Assembly: GCA_012729395.1 (NCBI GenBank)
Contig: JAAYDF010000229.1
Span: 299 to 64,298 of the forward strand
DNA from: Phycisphaerae bacterium
Lineage (GTDB): Bacteria; Planctomycetota; Phycisphaerae; UBA1845; PWPN01
DNA length: 64,000 bases
Reading direction: 5' to 3'
Part shown: positions 48,546-56,611 of the stretch, one piece after another
How the letters are laid out: every line of letters starts with the position of its first letter
Numbering within the stretch: the first letter of the stretch is position 1
The notes under the pieces: model-generated
The model's input: the letters and a program-made list of their open reading frames with translations, nothing else
The model's database searches: none
What the model was told of the DNA's origin: nothing
Made by a program: the position numbers and the translations under genes

Positions 48546-49874
48546 ATGCGGCAACAAGCACTCAGGCCGGCCTTGCTCGCACTCGGACCTGCGCTGGCGG
48601 TCGTTCTGGTAGCACTGGGTCAGCCCACGCCTGCGATGGGCAACCCGAACACCCTCGCGCTCGAGGTGTCTTGCGAATCGTTGTTTGTCCAGCCGGGCGA
48701 GCCAGTGGTGCTCGGTCTCGACGTCTCCAACCTCGCTCAGATGATCAACGGCTGCCAAGCACTCATCGGGTACAACTCGACCTACTTGACCAGCCCCCAC
48801 AGCGTGGCTCCCGGCGGCGGGTTCTGGACCGAACTGATCTACGAAAGCTGGCACGCACCGGGCGAGCTCGACACCGCCATCGGGCTGCAACTCGAAGGCG
48901 GTCCGACGGGAACCCAGGCCGACGCAACCATAGCCACCATCACCCTGACGGCCGGAACCACGGAAGGAGCCACCTTCCTCGTCTTTCGCTCCGACACCGA
49001 CGACAGATACGCCACCATGCTCAGCGACCTGAACGCCGAGCCCGTATGGCCCTTCAAAATCGATAGCCAACCCATCGTCATCGACGGTACGCCCCCTGTG
49101 CTGGTCGACCTGACCGCGACCCAGAACGGAGTTGATGTCCTTGACTGCGCCAATCCAACCGTCCAGGGCTTGGTGAGTATCACGGTGGACGCGGCCGACG
49201 TCCTGGCCGGCCTGGAGGGTATCCCGAGCATCGACATCACCGGCCCTGAAACCCTCGCCGCCACCCTCACCGACGACGAGGGGCCGAGCTTCGGATGGGA
49301 GGTCGTCATCGGTCCGACTACCCCCCAGGGTACATACACCATCGCCATCACCGCAACGGATCGCGCGGGCAACGAAACCACCGCGACAGGCACACTGTGC
49401 GTGGACCCTAACCAGATCACCGGCACAGTACAGATGAGCACGTTATCGGGTGCAGCATACGGCTTTGACCGCGAAGTGGTGTTCAAGGCGACGGATACCG
49501 GGAATACCGTGCTCCAAACATGGACAGTCACCGTGACCTTCACGAACAACCCGGTAACGAGAACCGCCGCCGGCTCCTATGTACTGACCCTGGTGCCCGG
49601 CAGCACGGCGAGGCTTAGCGCCAAGACGGACTGGAGCCTGCGGAAGCGGATACCCGTGACTCTGGACACCTATGGCCAAGGGGTGGCGAACTTCACCCTA
49701 ACCAGCGGCGATCTCGACGGCTCCAACACCGCGAACATCCTGGATTACTCGATACTCAAGGCGAACTGGATGACCGCCGGCCCAGCCGGCGATTACAACG
49801 GGGACAGCCAAGTCATGCTGCTGGACTATTCGCTGCTGAAAAATGCCTGGTTCACAACCGGCGATCCCGAGTGA
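48546..49874 (+). CDS. secreted cargo-less cohesin-Ig-X-dockerin protein (adaptor or spacer)
   Basis: GGAGG RBS; signal peptide directly followed by VQPGEPVVLGLDV cohesin-like domain, DRAGN Ig, GDLDGSNTANILDY...GDYNGDSQVMLLDY. Confidence 0.85.
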   Translation: MRQQALRPALLALGPALAVVLVALGQPTPAMGNPNTLALEVSCESLFVQPGEPVVLGLDVSNLAQMINGCQALIGYNSTYLTSPHSVAPGGGFWTELIYESWHAPGELDTAIGLQLEGGPTGTQADATIATITLTAGTTEGATFLVFRSDTDDRYATMLSDLNAEPVWPFKIDSQPIVIDGTPPVLVDLTATQNGVDVLDCANPTVQGLVSITVDAADVLAGLEGIPSIDITGPETLAATLTDDEGPSFGWEVVIGPTTPQGTYTIAITATDRAGNETTATGTLCVDPNQITGTVQMSTLSGAAYGFDREVVFKATDTGNTVLQTWTVTVTFTNNPVTRTAAGSYVLTLVPGSTARLSAKTDWSLRKRIPVTLDTYGQGVANFTLTSGDLDGSNTANILDYSILKANWMTAGPAGDYNGDSQVMLLDYSLLKNAWFTTGDPE

Positions 49875-49946
49875 TCGGACGCTGCCGATCCGAAACGCGG
49901 AACCGCCAGAAAGCAGAGATCATCTTATTCGGGGGCCGGTTTTTGC

Positions 49947-49976
49947 TTGATTTCGATTAGCATATTCCCTTACAAT
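49947..49976 (+). promoter_or_regulatory. sigma70-type promoter
   Basis: TTGATT-N18-TACAAT upstream of ATG 50057. Confidence 0.5.
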
Positions 49977-50056
49977 GCAGTACGTTCCCGTCGGTGGAGT
50001 TGCCCGTGCAGTCAACGAGCGGGAAGGCGGAAAAGCATCACTCTCGGAGGACAGCC

Positions 50057-50737
50057 ATGGAAAGTCGCACATACCTCGCATGTGGTCTGCTTGTTCTAGG
50101 AATGCTCATGCCGGTCCCGGCGTGGGGGCATGATATGGTTCAGCCCCCATGGCGAGGCGATGAAGGCACAACCTATCAGGAGTGGCGGTTTGACACCGAC
50201 GCCAACCCCGCTTTGCCCGAGGTGATCTCAAATTCATACGGCTCTGCCATGGCATCCATCGTCCTTGGCGACTATGCCTCCGGGTGGCAGGTGCAACTCC
50301 CCAGCCTCGGCGATCAGATCGGATACTGGGATCTCGGCGGGGATCGAGGCAACGGCGGCGGGAGCATCCTGATCGATGTCGACAATCGGCCGCTGGCTCT
50401 CGAGTGCAAAGAGGTTTGGGTGCAGGTGACGTACTTCCGTGACATGTCCCAAGCTCCAACAGTCACCGTACCCGGCGCAGCCTACGTCACCGGGCAAACC
50501 CTGCTGGTCGAGCACGTACTCACCGGCGGAGATTGGTACCTGGATCAGTCCATCTGGCGGATCGAGCCCAACCCGGATCACGAGCAAATCCTCATCACCA
50601 GCGACCCGACGTGGGGATCGGTGATTGACCAGATCGTGATCGACACGATCTGTATCCCTGAGCCGGCTACCATGGGACTGTTCCTGGTCGGATCCTGGGC
50701 GATGATCGCCCGACGGCGCAGGGCCGCTCGCGTCTGA
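50057..50737 (+). CDS. PEP-CTERM surface protein
   Basis: GGAGG RBS, signal peptide, IPEPATMGLFLVGSWAMIARRRR. Confidence 0.9.
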   Translation: MESRTYLACGLLVLGMLMPVPAWGHDMVQPPWRGDEGTTYQEWRFDTDANPALPEVISNSYGSAMASIVLGDYASGWQVQLPSLGDQIGYWDLGGDRGNGGGSILIDVDNRPLALECKEVWVQVTYFRDMSQAPTVTVPGAAYVTGQTLLVEHVLTGGDWYLDQSIWRIEPNPDHEQILITSDPTWGSVIDQIVIDTICIPEPATMGLFLVGSWAMIARRRRAARV

Positions 50738-50906
50738 GTCGCTTGCCGTCCTGACACGCGAACCTCGTCGTATGCTGCCACTCCCGGGGCTGATGCCGCT
50801 CGCGGCCTCACACGGCTGCGGGAATGGCTTGGGATGTCCCCGCATTCGCGCTACTCCCGCTGCCCGCGATCGGTTCGTACGACGGCCCCTGGGGGAGATT
50901 CCGAGT

Positions 50907-51986
50907 ATGTGCCACCGGCGAACACGCTGGATCGCTCTCGCACTTTGGCTTGTCTGCGCAGCTGGGGTGCAGGCATCCTCATATCAGGTCGAAATCCTCG
51001 GCTCGCTGGAGGGCGGCTTCGCCCGGGCGCGGGCCATCAACGCTCAAGGGCTCATCGTGGGCGAGGCACTGACGCCGGCGAGCGTTGACCACGGGTTCCT
51101 CTGCTCGGGCTTGGGCCAGTTCGCCGACTTGGGCACGCTGGGCGGTACTCGCAGCCGGGCCCTCGCCATCAACGCTGCCGGCCTGATTGCCGGCTGGGCA
51201 CAGAACATCGCGGGCCAGTCCAGACCCGTCCTCTGGGATGAGCACGGAATCCATGAGCTGCCGACGCTTGGCGGAGCTGCCGGCACAGCCTGGGCGATCA
51301 GTGATCTCGGGCACGCGGTCGGCAACTCCTTCACCTCCCCGGGCATCTACCACGCAACCCTCTGGCAAGACGGCGCCGCTTACGACCTAGGCACCTTGGG
51401 CGGCGACTACAGCATCGCCTACGGCATCAACAACCACGACTGGATCGTGGGCAGTTCCGACGACACTCAAGGCCGGGAGCGGGCTGCGCTTTGGCTCGAC
51501 GGTGACGTTCACCTGCTCGACGGCTTGCCGGGGGCCACATGGAGTGCTGCACGCGGGATCAATGACCACGGGCAAGTCATCCTCTGGAGCAATACCACCG
51601 GCGGAGCGTCTCGTGCCGCCCTGTGGGAGGCCGGCATGGTGACTGATCTGGGAACCCTGGGCGGCATCGAAAGCTGGGCTTACGGGCTGAATAATCTCGG
51701 GCACGTGGTCGGGTGGGCCGAGCTCCCGGCGGGCAACTACCATGCCTTTGTCCACGATGGCGGCGAGATGATCGACTTGGGCACACTCGGGGGCATGTTC
51801 AGCTCAGCCTACGGCATCAACGACGAGGGGGTGATCGTCGGGTATGCACAGGACGCAAGCGGGCAATGGCAGGCCGTCCGCTGGGTACCGGTACCCGAGC
51901 CCGCCACGTTATCCCTGGCCCTCACCGCCCTCGCCTGCTTCGTTGCCAGCATCCGACGTGCCCCTGCGCACGATCGGCCGGCGTAG
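50907..51986 (+). CDS. HAF-repeat extracellular beta-propeller protein with PEP-CTERM tail
   Basis: Repeated DLGTLGG..S.A.GIN..G.IVG...HAF units; VPEPATLSLAL. Confidence 0.92.
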   Translation: MCHRRTRWIALALWLVCAAGVQASSYQVEILGSLEGGFARARAINAQGLIVGEALTPASVDHGFLCSGLGQFADLGTLGGTRSRALAINAAGLIAGWAQNIAGQSRPVLWDEHGIHELPTLGGAAGTAWAISDLGHAVGNSFTSPGIYHATLWQDGAAYDLGTLGGDYSIAYGINNHDWIVGSSDDTQGRERAALWLDGDVHLLDGLPGATWSAARGINDHGQVILWSNTTGGASRAALWEAGMVTDLGTLGGIESWAYGLNNLGHVVGWAELPAGNYHAFVHDGGEMIDLGTLGGMFSSAYGINDEGVIVGYAQDASGQWQAVRWVPVPEPATLSLALTALACFVASIRRAPAHDRPA

Positions 51987-52186
51987 CCATTACCGATCCT
52001 CCATTCAAGGTGCCCTCAGAACAACACTTGTGGCGAAGGCCTCCTGGCTTCAGCACGTCACAAAGCGTCCGATACCCCCTCCTCGATCAGAACTTACTGG
52101 TCGGCAGCATTTCCGACACCTACAGTTTACAATCTGAGGTGTTCATCGGAACCGACACCTCCGGGCCAGTACAAGGGAAAAAGGGT

Positions 52187-53197
52187 ATGGGGAGAAAACA
52201 CTTCAACCCGCAAGGGGAAAGCGCCCATCCTGTATGCCGGTCACAGGCTTTGGTTGGGGAAGCCTCACTCATCGCCGCGTTGAAGAAGCGCATCGAGAAA
52301 GTCAGCCTCCGCGACCACACGGTGTTGATTCGCGGGGAATCCGGCAGCGGCAAGGAGTTGGTCGCGCGGGCCATTCATGCGGCCAGTCGGCGCGCCGTGC
52401 ACCCGTTTGTGGCCGTGGATTGCACAACCCTGCGTGATACCCTTTTCGAGTCGCAGCTTTTTGGGCACGTACGTGGGGCTTTTACGGGAGCGGAGCAGGC
52501 GACTCTGGGCTTCTTCCGCACCGCCGACGAGGGGACGCTCTTCCTTGATGAAATTGGCGAGTTGCCACCTCATATCCAGGCCAAGCTGCTGCGCTGCATC
52601 CAGGAAGGGGCGGTAGTTCCGCTCGGCAGCGTGGAGCCGATCCGGGTAAACGTACGGATCGTAGCCGCCACGCACCGCGATCTGCAGAGGATGGTGCGGG
52701 AGGGCGCTTTCCGGGGCGATCTGTATTATCGGCTGAACGTGGTGTGCCTCGATGTGCCGGCGTTGCGGGACCGGCGCGAGGATATCCCCGCGTTGGCACG
52801 GTTTTTTCTGGAGCAGCAGGCGAGTCTGTATCACGAGCCGGCCCGGACACTCGCTGAAGAGGTTTGCAGGGTCCTTTGTGCGTATCATTGGCCGGGCAAT
52901 GTTCGCGAGCTGGCGAACGCGATCGAGCATGCCTGTGCCTTTTCTGAAGGCTCGGAGATCCAGCTGCGTGATCTGCCCCCGACCGTGCAACTGGCAGCAG
53001 CCAGCGCCCTCACCTCGCTGGAGGATCAAGTTCTTACTCTCGAGGCCGCCGAGCGTCTGGCAATACTGCAAGCCCTGCGAGCCGCTGGAAGCAATCGGGC
53101 TAAGGCGGCTCAACTCCTCCAGATCGAACGGCACCGGTTGTACCGCAAGATCCGTCGCTATCAGCTCCACAACGTCGCGGATTCCGTGGCCATCTGA
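52187..53197 (+). CDS. sigma54-dependent enhancer-binding protein without N-terminal regulatory domain
   Basis: GESGSGKE, ESQLFGHVRGAFTGA, LFLDEI, FRGDLYYRLNV, WPGNVREL, Fis-type HTH; only ~20 aa precede the AAA+ domain. Confidence 0.92.
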   Translation: MGRKHFNPQGESAHPVCRSQALVGEASLIAALKKRIEKVSLRDHTVLIRGESGSGKELVARAIHAASRRAVHPFVAVDCTTLRDTLFESQLFGHVRGAFTGAEQATLGFFRTADEGTLFLDEIGELPPHIQAKLLRCIQEGAVVPLGSVEPIRVNVRIVAATHRDLQRMVREGAFRGDLYYRLNVVCLDVPALRDRREDIPALARFFLEQQASLYHEPARTLAEEVCRVLCAYHWPGNVRELANAIEHACAFSEGSEIQLRDLPPTVQLAAASALTSLEDQVLTLEAAERLAILQALRAAGSNRAKAAQLLQIERHRLYRKIRRYQLHNVADSVAI

Positions 53198-53565
53198 TCT
53201 CTGATTTGTTCTGCCCGCCCGCCGTTCCCGGTGCCTATTCCCCGCGCGGATGATGACTTCCTTCGTATTGCCTTAGGATGTTGTGGCGACCAACGTGGTC
53301 GATCAAACAACGACTGGCCCACACGTCATTGGGGCGGTCATTATGCGGAGAGCCACGGCACGAGGTTCAATCTGCACCCAAGGTACAAAGCGCACCGCGA
53401 TTCCTAACTCCCGCTATCGCCGCGAGTTTCGCGCGCAGGTCATCGGCTGAGGGTTAAAACATACCTTGGAGACCCGGGAGGCAGAGATCAGCGGATGAGT
53501 TACCTGCCCACTCTAAGTGTTTACGGATGAGCCTGTTAGCAAATTCCGACCGGTGGGCGCCCATC

Positions 53566-53581
53566 TGGCACGCCGGGTGCT
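53566..53581 (+). promoter_or_regulatory. sigma54 (-24/-12) promoter
   Basis: TGGCACGCCGGGTGCT (GG-N10-GC), ~40 bp before ATG 53623 and just downstream of the activator gene. Confidence 0.72.
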
Positions 53582-53622
53582 TTTCCTCCTGTCGCATCGA
53601 ATTGGTGATGCAAGAGAGGCGG

Positions 53623-54093
53623 ATGATGAAGTACGGCCTCGGACAAGTGGGGGTGGTCGTGGTGATGGACAAGGCGGTGGCCTCGGGGCTCAGAAGGATG
53701 GCCCTACGATACGGATGGCCGCTGATTCACCTTCCCACCGCGACACAGGCTGCCAAGACGATCGGGCGTAACCGGGTTGACATCGCGGTAGTTCACATGG
53801 CGGTAGAGCTTCAGCAGGCCGTCGAGTTAGTGCGATGGTTGCGAATGACCCGGGAGGATGCACTGGTGATCGCGGTAGCTTCGCCACACGACGCGGACGT
53901 GGAACGCAGGGTCCGCCAGGCCGGGGCACACTGCTATCTGCCCCAGGATGACGAGGTATCGCTGGAACGAGCTATCATCGCCATGATCCGACAGGAACCG
54001 CTACGCTCGGAGCCGAATCAGACGACCGCCACGCACAGCCGGTTGAAGCAGGACGAACCGACACGTGGCAGAACAGCCAGGCAGGGTGCGTGA
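53623..54093 (+). CDS. stand-alone pseudo-receiver domain protein
   Basis: CheY-like pattern VVVVMD...VDIAVVH...LVIAVAS...QAGAHCYLP; His at the phospho-Asp position and no KP motif. Confidence 0.7.
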   Translation: MMKYGLGQVGVVVVMDKAVASGLRRMALRYGWPLIHLPTATQAAKTIGRNRVDIAVVHMAVELQQAVELVRWLRMTREDALVIAVASPHDADVERRVRQAGAHCYLPQDDEVSLERAIIAMIRQEPLRSEPNQTTATHSRLKQDEPTRGRTARQGA

Positions 54094-54104
54094 TGGCCAT
54101 AAGA

Positions 54105-54125
54105 CTCTCTCTCTCTCTCTCTCTC
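54105..54125. repeat. (CT)10 microsatellite
   Basis: ctctctctctctctctctctc read directly. Confidence 0.9.
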
Positions 54126-54131
54126 CTCCTG

Positions 54132-54304
54132 AACCGGGTTGCACGGGCCGGCCAGTGATCGGCGGACCGAAAGCCCGGTTGAGTACAACGAGCCCGGAAG
54201 AAGCATCGGGCTCTGACGATATGGCACGGTCTGAATCGAGGTGTGGGTATGTGGGGCCGGCCGAGATCACTGGTCGGTTTCGGTCCGGTCCCCCGTTTTT
54301 CTTT
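54132..54304 (+). promoter_or_regulatory. candidate attenuator/riboswitch-like leader ending in a terminator just before the PEP-CTERM RBS
   Basis: Terminator stem 54253-54294 plus TTTTTCTTT; upstream segments 54148-54160 and 54163-54172 are complementary to its loop and 3' arm. Confidence 0.55.
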
Positions 54305-54320
54305 GTGAAGGAGAAAACCA

Positions 54321-54959
54321 ATGACAATGCGTAAGAAGGTAGGTGTGCTGGTGGCGGGCCTGGCAGCCTTGGGATTGTCTCCGCTGGCCTTCGCCCAGGG
54401 CGTGGGCAACCTTGGCGACCTGCCGAGCGGCATTCCGCAAGCTGGTCCCACTGGCTGGCTGATCGGCAACCCGTCGGCACCGATCCCCGTGGTCCGCGAT
54501 CCAGCCGGCCCGAAGTGGATCAAGCTGCTGACCGATCCGAATGGCGGGCCGATCGTCAACCCGAATCCCGGCACCATCTACAACCTCAATGAGACTGTAC
54601 TTATCTCCGGCAATCTCTGGTGGTCCGACTGGCACGAGGAGATCATCACCCCGGGCTGGGAATGGACTTCGACCGTGGTGATCCTGGAGAACGTACTGAA
54701 TCCGCCGGCGGGGCTCAACATCGTCAACACCCCCGGCAGCCCCACGCAAGGCGGGACTCTGGAGTTCTACTTCGATCCCCTGCCGCCCGGTACGGTGCTC
54801 CACATCCGTAAGCAGTTGGAGTACGTGGGCATCGCGGGCACGGTGCACTTCGGGGCGGTTGAGGTCGCTCAATATCCCACTCCTGAGCCGGCCACGATGG
54901 GCCTGCTGGCCGCGGGCGGCCTTTTGGCGTTGCGTCGCCGTCGCTTGCGGGCGAGGTGA
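54321..54959 (+). CDS. PEP-CTERM surface protein (paralog of 55901-56518)
   Basis: Signal peptide; WSDWHE; PTPEPATMGLLAAGGLLALRRRR. Confidence 0.92.
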   Translation: MTMRKKVGVLVAGLAALGLSPLAFAQGVGNLGDLPSGIPQAGPTGWLIGNPSAPIPVVRDPAGPKWIKLLTDPNGGPIVNPNPGTIYNLNETVLISGNLWWSDWHEEIITPGWEWTSTVVILENVLNPPAGLNIVNTPGSPTQGGTLEFYFDPLPPGTVLHIRKQLEYVGIAGTVHFGAVEVAQYPTPEPATMGLLAAGGLLALRRRRLRAR

Positions 54960-55039
54960 GGCTTGAACAGGGCGTATACCGCCCCCTTGAGAAATGTAGA
55001 AGGAATGCGGAACAAGCGGATGTCCACAAGGAGCAACGT

Positions 55040-55783
55040 ATGAGATCACTGGCACTCTATATGTGTGCATGCGTGATCGCCCTGACGGGCGGCAGAGCGC
55101 TGGCTGACGACTGGAACGTGTACCTGACGGTGGACAATCAGTTCGATGTCTACTACGGGACCTCGATGACCACCACTTTCGCGGCCGGGGGCGGCAGTAA
55201 CTGGATGGTCGAGTACAACTTCAGCGCCACCGGGCGGCCGACGACCGACTATCTGTATGTCGCGACCTCGTCCGACCACAGCGGTGCCCAGGGGTTTATC
55301 GGCACGTTTCACAACACCACGCTGAACGCCACGTTGAGTACGGGGACAACCGGTTGGCAGGTCTTTCCGGCCGGCCAGCATCTGCCGCAGCTTTTCGGGA
55401 TGCCAGGCTCCTGGCCGGCGTCGCAGATGCCTACGCAGACCCAGGTGGACGCGGCTATCGCCTATGCCACAGCCAACAGCCTCTGGGTGGCGCCGTCCAC
55501 CGCGCCGGGGTATGACAACGATCCGTCCACCCCGATCGCGCCCTACAGTTTCATCTGGCCGACCGCGCTGCCCAACATTCAGACCTCCGCGCAGTGGATC
55601 TGGTATGACTCGGGCAAGGACACCTCCGTCTCGTCGGTGCTGCCCATTCCTCTGCGCGGCTTCAACCATGATGAGTTCCTGGTCTTCCGGGTGCCCGGTG
55701 CCGTACCGGAGCCGGTAACCGCAGTGTTGCTGGGTGTCGGTGCGGTCCTGTTCGGGCGTCGTCGGGTGAGTGTGCGGGTGTAA
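55040..55783 (+). CDS. PEP-CTERM surface protein, possibly lectin-like
   Basis: AAGGAG RBS; TVDNQFDVY...AQGFIG...AQWIW; VPEPVTAVLLGVGAVLFGRRR. Confidence 0.9.
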   Translation: MRSLALYMCACVIALTGGRALADDWNVYLTVDNQFDVYYGTSMTTTFAAGGGSNWMVEYNFSATGRPTTDYLYVATSSDHSGAQGFIGTFHNTTLNATLSTGTTGWQVFPAGQHLPQLFGMPGSWPASQMPTQTQVDAAIAYATANSLWVAPSTAPGYDNDPSTPIAPYSFIWPTALPNIQTSAQWIWYDSGKDTSVSSVLPIPLRGFNHDEFLVFRVPGAVPEPVTAVLLGVGAVLFGRRRVSVRV

Positions 55784-55900
55784 TCCGCCTTCGCGGCACG
55801 GTTTGCCGCGGCACATGGATATGTTGCTTCACGGCCGTGTGGCCATGAAGGCTCAGTAGTTGGGAAATTTCAATCTCACCGAGTGTCAAGGAGAAACCAA

Positions 55901-56518
55901 ATGAGAAACCGACAGATGATCACGCGTTTGCTGGCGGCCTCGATGATCCTGGCCGTATCGCAGGTCGCCCTGGCGCAGGGCGTCGGCAATGTGGGTTCGC
56001 TACCCACTGTGTTTCCGGGACCGGTTCCGCCTTGGGGCTGGGTGGTGACGGATGCTGCGGGTGGACCCGTCCCCGTGGAACTCGATCCCGACGGGCCGGG
56101 GTGGATCAAGAGCTTCACCGGACCGAACAACGGGCCGTTCCCCTACATGGGCGGCACCCTGCTGCACCTGGAAGAGCATTTGATCGTAGCGGGCGACCGA
56201 CCTTGGACGGACTGGCACGAGACCATTCTATCGCCCAGCTGGGCATGGACCAACCCGGCGCTCCTGGTCAACGGCATCCCGGCGACCGGCCTGGTGATCC
56301 ATAATCTTGGCGACAGTCTTGATTTCTACTTTGACCCAGTCATGCCGGGCTCACAGGTCATCATCCGCAAGGATTTCGTCAGCACCCTGCCAGCGGGCGT
56401 GGTGGCCGACGGGACCATTCGTGTGGTCCAGTTCCCGACCCCTGAGCCGGCGACCATGGGCCTGCTGGCGTTGGGCGGTTTGGCTGTTCTGCGTCGCCGC
56501 CGTCCGCATGTGGCTTGA
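55901..56518 (+). CDS. PEP-CTERM surface protein (paralog of 54321-54959)
   Basis: QGVGNVG, WTDWHE, LDFYFDP, PTPEPATMGLLALGGLAVLRRRR. Confidence 0.92.
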   Translation: MRNRQMITRLLAASMILAVSQVALAQGVGNVGSLPTVFPGPVPPWGWVVTDAAGGPVPVELDPDGPGWIKSFTGPNNGPFPYMGGTLLHLEEHLIVAGDRPWTDWHETILSPSWAWTNPALLVNGIPATGLVIHNLGDSLDFYFDPVMPGSQVIIRKDFVSTLPAGVVADGTIRVVQFPTPEPATMGLLALGGLAVLRRRRPHVA

Positions 56519-56611
56519 AATGGCTGAAGGACTCCGTTTGCCCCGGCGGTGTCGCCGGTGCCGGACACCGACCACAAGACTCTAAACAGAGCTCGAAGGA
56601 GAATCACGAAG

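Noticed and set aside
50990-51860. Periodic DNA repeats suggesting a CRISPR array
   Set aside because: They are degenerate in-frame HAF protein repeats; no constant repeat-spacer structure or cas genes
52049-52075. TTCA-N15-TCCGATAC as a fourth sigma28 promoter before the activator
   Set aside because: The -35 lacks the AAG/AAA core; too weak to call
51713-52186. N-terminal extension of the sigma54 activator in the ORF track
   Set aside because: Overlaps the HAF gene in another frame and shows no REC/PAS/GAF pattern; ATG 52187 has a purine-rich RBS
54222-54237. TGGCACG as a sigma54 promoter (also near 38875 and 55794-55818)
   Set aside because: No GC at the required GG-N10-GC spacing
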